Assembly: GCA_951406725.2 (NCBI GenBank)
Contig: OX597840.1
Span: forward strand, 9,982,001-10,046,000
Length of the DNA: 64,000 nt
Source of the DNA: Octopus vulgaris
Lineage: Eukaryota
Direction: 5' to 3'
Under the pieces are notes generated by a model, which was not told the DNA's origin, did no database searches, and saw nothing but the letters and a program-made list of their open reading frames with translations. Below, in pieces: positions 55,567-64,000 of the stretch. The first letter of the stretch is position 1, and every line of letters starts with the position of its first letter. A program made the position numbers and the translations under genes.

Positions 55567-55761
55567 TATATGCACACACTCACACATATATATATACATA
55601 CATGCATATATTCACTTTTATGCATGTGTATACATAAACATACATGTATATATTCATACATATGAATTAATATTTATGTATATATGTGTGGGTCTATCAA
55701 TCTATCTATGCATATGTATACATGTGTGTGTGTATATAGGTATGAATTTATGTATATATAT

Positions 55762-55807
<46 letters not shown>

Positions 55808-55823
55808 TATATACATATATATT

Positions 55824-55878
<55 letters not shown>

Positions 55879-56310
55879 ATATATATATGCATATATACAT
55901 ATGCATATATATATGTGTGTTTGTGTGTAGGTACATGCATGTGTATTTGACTGAGAGCGAGAAAGAGAGGAATGAGAGAGACAGAGAGAGAGGAATGAGA
56001 GAGACAGAGAGAGAGGAGGAGGAAGGGAGGTGGAGAGAGAGAGAGGGAAGGAGAGCACTTTGGCATTATTGTACGACAGGTTTTCAAATTGAAAGGAAAG
56101 ACAGCTCAAAGTAATAAATTCCTCAAAAGTGTCCCATTTTCTCTTGAATCTCTTTAATCTTCGGCAAATCCCAATGATCTCTCTGTCAATGATTTATAAA
56201 GAATGTCCAAGAAAAATCAATGCTTCCGTTTCGAAACCATTTCTTCCAAGACACTTGTGGAGGAAAGAAATGCATGTAATGTATATATACACGTATATAT
56301 AGTAATCTTG

Positions 56311-56363
<53 letters not shown>

Positions 56364-56538
56364 TGTATATATATATGAGTGTGTGTGTGTGTGTGTGTGT
56401 GTGTATAGTATTCTTATGTATACATATATATGTGTGTATGTATATCCATATTAATAAAAATTTGCAAATGTATGTGTTGATATATGAATATATACATTGC
56501 AAAAATTATAGAAAGGAACAATATATACATAAACACAG

Positions 56539-56607
<69 letters not shown>

Positions 56608-56618
56608 CACATATATAC

Positions 56619-56651
<33 letters not shown>

Positions 56652-57297
56652 CGTACATATATATATATACATATATATGTACATATATATGTATATATAT
56701 ATATATATATACATATTTATATATATAAATATGTACATATATGTGTAAAATATATATATATATATGTGTGTGTGTGTATACATACATATATACATATGTA
56801 TATATATAAATATGTACATTTATACGTACGTATACATATAAATAAATAAGCATCGGTATATTTACATATAAATACATTATGTACATTTTTATATATTTAC
56901 ATATCGATATATGTGTATATGTGTATATGTGTGTATATGCGTGTGCGTGTGTGTATGTGTGTGTTTGTGTGTGTTTGTGTGTGTGTGTACGCATGTAAGA
57001 AGATTATGGAAGGATATTGGAAAATAAAAATAAGAAAAAAAACTCGACACAAACACTATGGAATTCGTCTAAAGTTAGTAAAAACTTTATCGAAAGATGT
57101 ATGGTTAGATACGGAACGAAGTGGAATAAGATGTCGCTGAAGGAATATGGAAAGATATGAAGAGAGAAAAAATAAAATATATTAAGTTCAGTAAATGTTG
57201 AATGATATAGGAAATGCGGAAATAGAGAATTCGTAAACACGGCTAGATAAGGATATTCTTATATATATATGTGTGTGTATATATATATGTATATATA

Positions 57298-57358
<61 letters not shown>

Positions 57359-57416
57359 ATATATATATATGTGTGTGTGTATATATATGTATATATATGT
57401 ATATATACATATATAT

Positions 57417-57513
<97 letters not shown>

Positions 57514-57964
57514 TTTATATATATATATATTTATATATATATTTATATATATATATTTTATATATATATACATATATATATGCATATATATACATATATA
57601 TACATATACATATATATGTATGTATATATATATATATGTATATATATATACATATACACATATATATATATATGTATATATATGTAAATACATATCTATA
57701 TATAAATGTATATATATATACACACACATAGTTACAGAAAGAGAGACACATACATGCATACACACTTGCACACAGACACACACGCACACGCAAACAGATA
57801 CAAATGAATCGTCTAACACGCGCACATATCACAAATACACACACACATACATGCACACACACACACACACACTCGCTCGCGCGTATACGTGGATAGTCGA
57901 ACATATTTTGATAAAAATATCAGAATTTCGCAAAGCTATCGAAAGAAACCCAAAAATAACAAAC

Positions 57965-57999
<35 letters not shown>

Positions 58000-58005
58000 G
58001 CATAG

Positions 58006-58047
<42 letters not shown>

Positions 58048-58053
58048 GCATAG

Positions 58054-58093
<40 letters not shown>

Positions 58094-58106
58094 GCATAGA
58101 TTTGTG

Positions 58107-58141
<35 letters not shown>

Positions 58142-58339
58142 ATAATTTCAGTGAATGATAGCGAGTTATCAAAGTGTGCGAAATAGTAATTGGAATCTTC
58201 TTTCAAATATTCTTGGGAAAACTGAAGAATGCAACGCATATAATAAACGTCCAGGAATTTTTTTTTCTTCTTCTTCTTCTTCTTCTTCTTGGTCGCCGTC
58301 GTCATCATCATCATCATCATCAACAACAGCAACAACAAT

Positions 58340-58376
<37 letters not shown>

Positions 58377-58404
58377 TTGATAACAACAATAACAACAAGG
58401 TCGT

Positions 58405-58440
<36 letters not shown>

Positions 58441-58441
58441 A

Positions 58442-58499
58442 TTTGGTGTATCAAGAAGTACTGTCTCGAAATAATGACAGCCTTTGAGAAAAAGGGAAA

Positions 58500-58530
<31 letters not shown>

Positions 58531-58588
58531 TTCCCTCTTTCTCAAAGGCTGTCATTATTTCGAGACAGTACTTCTTGATACACCAAAC
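58442..58588. repeat. Near-perfect 58-bp inverted repeat around a (TA)n spacer
   Basis: TTTGGTGTATCAAGAAGTACTGTCTCGAAATAATGACAGCCTTTGAGAAAAGGGAAA and its reverse complement. Confidence 0.9.
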
Positions 58589-58796
58589 ATTTCGGCTGTT
58601 TTCGTTACGCTAGCGCCTGCCATACGAGCACCAACAATTTGACCTCTTTGAGAGTCCAATAGATTTGTCGATATCCCAAAAGAAACAGCAATTTTAACAA
58701 AACTCATTAAGCAACAAGTAATAAATAAATAAAAAACCCAAAAAACAAGCGTTTGACTGTTTTATAGATATTTCAAAATTATGATGCTATGATGCT

Positions 58797-58828
58797 AGGT
58801 GTTTCCATTATTTTGTCCAACCCCTGTA
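58797..58828. mobile_element. Solo Tc1-like TIR
   Basis: The reverse complement reads TA-CAGGGGTTGGACAAAATAATGGAAACACC, resembling a Tc1 terminus. Confidence 0.45.
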
Positions 58829-58855
58829 TATATATATAAAATATATGTACGTATG

Positions 58856-58917
<62 letters not shown>

Positions 58918-58920
<3 letters not shown>

Positions 58921-59007
58921 CTGCTTCCATATTTCCTGAGCGCCTATTAATAATAATACTGTAATTGTTCCACTGTTGTTGTTTTTTTTTGTTTTCCCGT
59001 TTGGATT

Positions 59008-59056
<49 letters not shown>

Positions 59057-59232
59057 ATCCAAACAAGAAAACAAAGAAAAAAACACAGCAACGCGAGGAC
59101 GTGGAACAATTAAAAGTATTATTTGACGCTCAGGAAAGAAGGGAAGGAGGGTATGACGTTTCGAGCGGAGCTCTTCGTCGGAAACAAAGGAGAAGGAAAG
59201 ATCCCGAGAAGGGAAGACAGAGGGTGAGAAAT
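58918..59232. mobile_element. Two opposed copies of the HH2-family element sharing one (TA)n
   Basis: 59052-59232 matches 26691-26860. 58918-59010 is a degenerate inverted copy. Confidence 0.75.
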
Positions 59233-59833
59233 TAGATATTAATTTGATTAACATCGATTTCATACCAGTGGTCTAGCATAAAAAAAACCTGAAGGTTCAG
59301 TAAAATTGTATTATATATACAAATTAGAGGGAAACCACTATGTGGACACCCATATGCTAGAAGTAGATCCGCTACGGTCTCACCACTAAGAAATATTCTC
59401 AAAAAAAAATTTAGCAACTCACACACACACGCTCACACACATTTTTATAAAACATAATTCTTCCAAACTCGATAATCTCGAAACAAGCAAAAATTGTGTC
59501 TCGATACAGTGTGAGAGAATAACATAAAAACAAATGCTCAAGATGGTGCTAATGATTTGGTTTTATTATAATCGCATGTTTTTCGATAGGTTTTCGGCAT
59601 CGTTTTTCAACAAATCTTGCGTTATGTCTCGTGACAATTCGTATACTCGAATGTATACATACATACATACATACATAATGCATGCATACATACATGCATA
59701 ATACATACATACATACATACATACATACACACACACATACATACATACATACATACATATATACATACATGCATACATGCATACATACATACACACATAC
59801 ATACATACATACATACATACATACATACAAACA

Positions 59834-59867
<34 letters not shown>

Positions 59868-60007
59868 CATACATACATACGTACATACATGCAATCATGC
59901 ATACATACGTGCATAATACATACATACATACATACATACATACATTCATACATACATACATACATACATATATGCATACATACTCACATACATATATGCA
60001 TACATAC

Positions 60008-60038
<31 letters not shown>

Positions 60039-60154
60039 CATACATGCATACATACATACATACATACGTAAATACATACATACATTCATGCATGCATGCA
60101 TACAAACATATTTACATACATACATACATATATGCATACATACACGCACACACA

Positions 60155-60683
60155 GAATGGGAAGGCACCTGGAATTGACTTAATATTTGGTTATTGGTGC
60201 AAGAAGCTGACATTTTATAGAAACCAGCTGATACATATTTTCAAAAGAACTATGGAAGGCCAGACTGATATACTAAATTGGCTTGCTACAGCATGGGCAA
60301 ATTTTGTTGCCAAAAACGAAATCACCGAGATTGCAGGAACCTACACGCACATTGCTTGCCTAAACATCATGTACAAACTGTACACAAGTTGCCTCAACCA
60401 ATTCCTCCGGGACAATTGTGAGTCGAACAACATTGTGACTGATGAACAGGCTGGCGAAAAGAAAGCAGTGTGGGGGATGTGCCGAACAACTTTTAATAAA
60501 GAAAGCTGTACAGTCTGTACAGGCGCATGAGTGGCTGTGTGGTAAGTAGCTTGCTAACCAGCCACATGGTTCCGGGTTCAGTCCCACTGCGTGGCACCTT
60601 GGGCAAGTGTCTTCTGCTATAGCCTCGGGCCAATCAAAGCCTTGTGAGTGGATTTGGTAGACGGAAACTGAAAGAAGCCTGTC

Positions 60684-60733
<50 letters not shown>

Positions 60734-61170
60734 ATATGTTTGTGTGTCTGTGTTTGTCCCCCCACCATCGCTTGACAACCGATGTTGGTGTGTTTACGTC
60801 CCCGTCACTTAGCGGTTCGGCAAAAAGAGACCGATAGAATAAGTACTGGGCTTACAAAGAATAAGTCCCGGGGTCGATTTGCTCGACTAAAGGTGGTGCT
60901 CCAGCATGGCCGCAGTCAAATGACTGAAACAAGTAAAAGAGAGTAAAGGGTAAAGTGTCTGAAGTAAGAAAACAACGCAGAAACCTTGTGACAGTATGGC
61001 TTGACTGTAAGAAGCCATTCGTCTCTATCCCTCATTCGTGGCTGTTGAAGTGCCCTACGTCTGGCAAAGGTACCCACTATCTTAATTGTTGCTATAGAAA
61101 GTCAGAAGAATTGTTTCTAATAGTATAGGCATCACAAAGGGAATATTCCAGGGAGATAGTCTTTCTGTTC
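60155..61170 (+). pseudogene. R4/Dong-like LINE reverse transcriptase fragment split by SINE A (60522-60954)
   Basis: GKAPGIDLIFGYWCKKL..IACLNIMYKLYTS..EQAG..GCAEQLLI [SINE] ..RNLVTVWLDCKKPFVSIPHSWL.., then GIFQGDSLS. Confidence 0.85.
60522..60954 (+). mobile_element. SINE family A, full length
   Basis: Full match to family A. Confidence 0.9.
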
Positions 61171-61174
61171 GTTT

Positions 61175-62960
61175 TCGTCAGACGGCGTATCGAACTCTAT
61201 AACAGAATTCAGTTATGACCCAGAGGTGGGTATAACGTTTGCAGCGTACTTCAGAAGATACGAAGAAATCTAGGGACGGACAATGGAAAAGTAAGACTAT
61301 TTTTACGTAAATTAGCGCCGGCTGAACATGAACAATATTGTAATTTCATAGTATCCCCAAAACTAGTGAAATTTATTTCCAGGAAACAGTCGAACTACTA
61401 TCAAAAGTATTCAGTGATAAGAGTTCCCGATTTAACACTCGATGGGAGTGTTGGAATCTAGTTAAAAGAGAGGATGAAGGATTTGTCACGTCTGCCGGTA
61501 CCGTAAACCGAATGAGCGAAAGGTTTAAACTAGAGGAACTAACTCCTGATATGTTTAAGTGTCTCACTTTTGTACAAGGGTTTACGGCAAACAAAGCGGC
61601 GGAGGTACGTGCAAGAATGCTCAAAAACATGGGCAAGTGGACCAAAGTTTAACCCTGCAGAGAATTGCAGAGAAGTGTCAAAGAATGGTAAACATACGTC
61701 AGGACGTAGAGAAAATTGAAAAGGAGTTCTTACAAGCGCAAGCGTGTCGACAAAAAAATGTTAGGACTAAACCCATGCTACAGATATGGAGCTCTACATC
61801 TCCACATCCGTAGAATGGGTTTTGTCCTTTTAAAGCGTAAAAATATTACAGTTGCCAAAAAGTAGGACACAACAGCTCACATTACAGAGCAAAGTTAGGA
61901 AGGTAAATATTAAAAAACTCGCAGGAGTGGCTGTGTGGTAAATAGCTTGCTTACCAACCACATGGTTCCGGGTTTAGTCCCACTGCGTGGCATCTTGGGC
62001 AAATGTCTTCTACTATAGCCTCGGGCCAACCAAAGCCTTGTGAGTGGATTTGGTAGACGGAAACTGAAAGAAGCCCGTCGTATATATGTATATATATATA
62101 CATGTAGGAGTAGCTGTGTGGTAAGTAGCTTGCTTACCAACCACATGGTTCCGGGTTCGGTCCCACTGCGTGGCATCTTGGGCAAGTGTCTTCTACTATA
62201 GCCTCGGGCCGACCAATGCCTTGTGAGTGGATTTGGTAGACGGAAACTGAAAGAAGCCCGTCGTATATATGTATATATATGTAGATATGTGTGTGTTTTT
62301 GTGTCTGTGTTTGTCCCCCTAGCATTGTTTGACAACCGATGCTGGTGTGTTTACGTCCCCGTCACTTAGCGGTTCGGCAAAAGAGACCGATAGAATAAGT
62401 ACTAGGCTTACAAAAGATTAAGACCCGGGGTCGATTTGCTCGATTAAAGGCGGTGCTCCAGCATGGCCGCAGTCAAATGACTGAAACAAGTAAAAGAGTA
62501 AAAGAGTAAAAGAGTTTTCTCAACGGAAAGTAGAAGCGACATCAAAAAGAGGAAATCTGTACACGTAATAGTAAACGAAGTGAATATTAAATTACAATTA
62601 GGTACCCGTAGCGGCAGCTTGATTATTAAATACCAACACGTAGATAAGAAATGAGAAACCTACTTTAAGAAAAAAAAAAACATCAGAAATTGTACGATGC
62701 GTGACAGATGAAAAAGAACACTTTGTAGGTGAAGCGTGGAGTGATATCACATTCCAGGGGAAAACCTGTAAAGCAAAAGTTTTCGTGTTAAAAAGCACAG
62801 CCAATCTGTTCGGTGCAGTCTGGTTGGAGTTGTATTACTTATGGGACTTCCCCATAAGTCTGTTCCGTAAAAAATAATTAGCTGTCCAACCAGTGAAAAT
62901 AATTCAGCAGCTGAATTGAAGAAAAAATTTTAAAACTTGTTTTCTGAAGTGCTGTCGGAT
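61175..62960 (+). pseudogene. Ty3/Gypsy LTR-retrotransposon gag-protease remnant split by a SINE A dimer (61920-62514)
   Basis: FQETVELLSKVFSDKSSRFNTRWECWNLVKREDE..RFKLEELTPDMFKCLTFVQG (gag-like) and ..VNEVNIKLQLGTRSGSLII (decayed LDTG protease motif). Confidence 0.75.
61920..62514 (+). mobile_element. SINE family A dimer (5' half plus full copy)
   Basis: Two successive heads at 61920 and 62105. Confidence 0.9.
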
Positions 62961-62969
62961 ATATTAGCA

Positions 62970-63293
62970 ATCATCATCATCATTGTTCGACCGTGGTCGA
63001 GACAATGGAATTTACTATGTTACGCCAGACTTCACGGTCCATCATAGCATTACGGAGGTCCTGTTGCTGGATGCCTGTATCCCTGGAGATTACATCAGGG
63101 TAGGAGAGTGTGTGCCCTCTGGTATTGCGAGTAGATGGCTTCCAGAGGAGAAGAGTAGAAATTACCTCATTTTCAGCTCTACAACAATGTCCAGCAAACT
63201 GGACTCTCCTACCTTTCATAAGAGATGACACAGGTAGTAGTTTCCCATATATTTGCATTTTGGTTGGATGGCGCTTCCACGAGAGATTTTGAG
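62970..63293 (-). mobile_element. RTE-clade LINE 3' fragment
   Basis: ORF 62980-63258 is near-identical to the 22481 copy and has an (ATG)n tail. Confidence 0.85.
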
Positions 63294-63665
63294 CAATAAA
63301 GCTTAGTCCAAACCGTACAACTGTTCATCGTCCTCTTCAACAACTTGGAAAGGTTCCTAAACTTGGAAAATGGGTGCCTCATGAATTGTCCGAAAGCAAC
63401 CACAAATCCCGAGTTAACATCTGCTCTTCTCTCCATTCTCGCAAACTCATTTCACCCTTTTTGGAGTGACTTGTAACTGGTGACGGAAAATGGATCTTCT
63501 ATCGAAATGTTAGACGTCGAAAATACTGGCTTGGTAAAAGGGAAAAAGCTCAACCACAACCGAGAAGGAAACCTCATGGGAAAAAGGTTCTTTTCTCTAT
63601 CTGGTGGGACTGCAAAGGAGTAATTCACTACGAATTGTTACCACCTAATGCAACAATCAATGCTG
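63294..63665 (+). pseudogene. Mariner transposase fragment (same family as 24188-25300)
   Basis: ..LQQLGKVPKLGKWVPHELSESNH..VTGDGKWIFYRN..IWWDCKGVIHYELLPPNATINA. Confidence 0.9.
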
Positions 63666-64000
63666 AGTGGACTGGGGCAGCGGGAAATGAAATGTTTTGC
63701 CCCAAAATACACAGCATACGAACAAAGTCCGTTGCAGGGTTATTTATTTACAGCTGAGTGGACTGAGCCAGCGTGAAATGAAATGTTTTGCCCCAAAAAT
63801 ACAATGCATCACCCGCTCAGAGAAACAAAACCATGATCTTGCAACCCTGAGTGCAACACCCTAACGAATTGGCCAGGCCTTTTCGGAGAGGCTACTGAGT
63901 TAGATGAGCTTACTGAGCGGACTGAGTCTGGAGAGTTTGAGGAGAATGATGAGCCTCCTGAACCTCCTGAACCTCATCAGTTTGATGAACCTTGTTAGAT

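Overview
AT-rich, extremely microsatellite-dense eukaryotic DNA. The SINE repertoire and repeat landscape suggest an octopus (coleoid cephalopod) genome, which is an inference. The ORF track is almost entirely microsatellite artefact. One real multi-exon gene could be assembled by eye on the + strand: a type-I membrane ZP (zona pellucida)-module protein with 7 phase-compatible GT-AG exons between 25680 and 38675. It encodes ZP-N, ZP-C, an RVRR furin site, an EHP-like strand, a TM helix and a cytoplasmic tail. Its 5' exon(s) are unresolved, with a candidate 19-nt microexon at 17322. The rest is transposon debris: three tRNA-derived SINE families (one forming head-to-tail arrays of up to ~8 units), CR1, RTE, R4/Dong, CRE and Gypsy fragments, mariner/maT/Tc1 fossils, MITEs and a Helitron. 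The most unusual signal is a set of minimal hammerhead-ribozyme-like motifs of Penelope type from at least 4 unrelated sequence families. Several sit as inverted (fold-back) pairs next to (TA)n tracts, and one has a G3-C8 swapped catalytic core. Coordinates of degenerate repeats are approximate.
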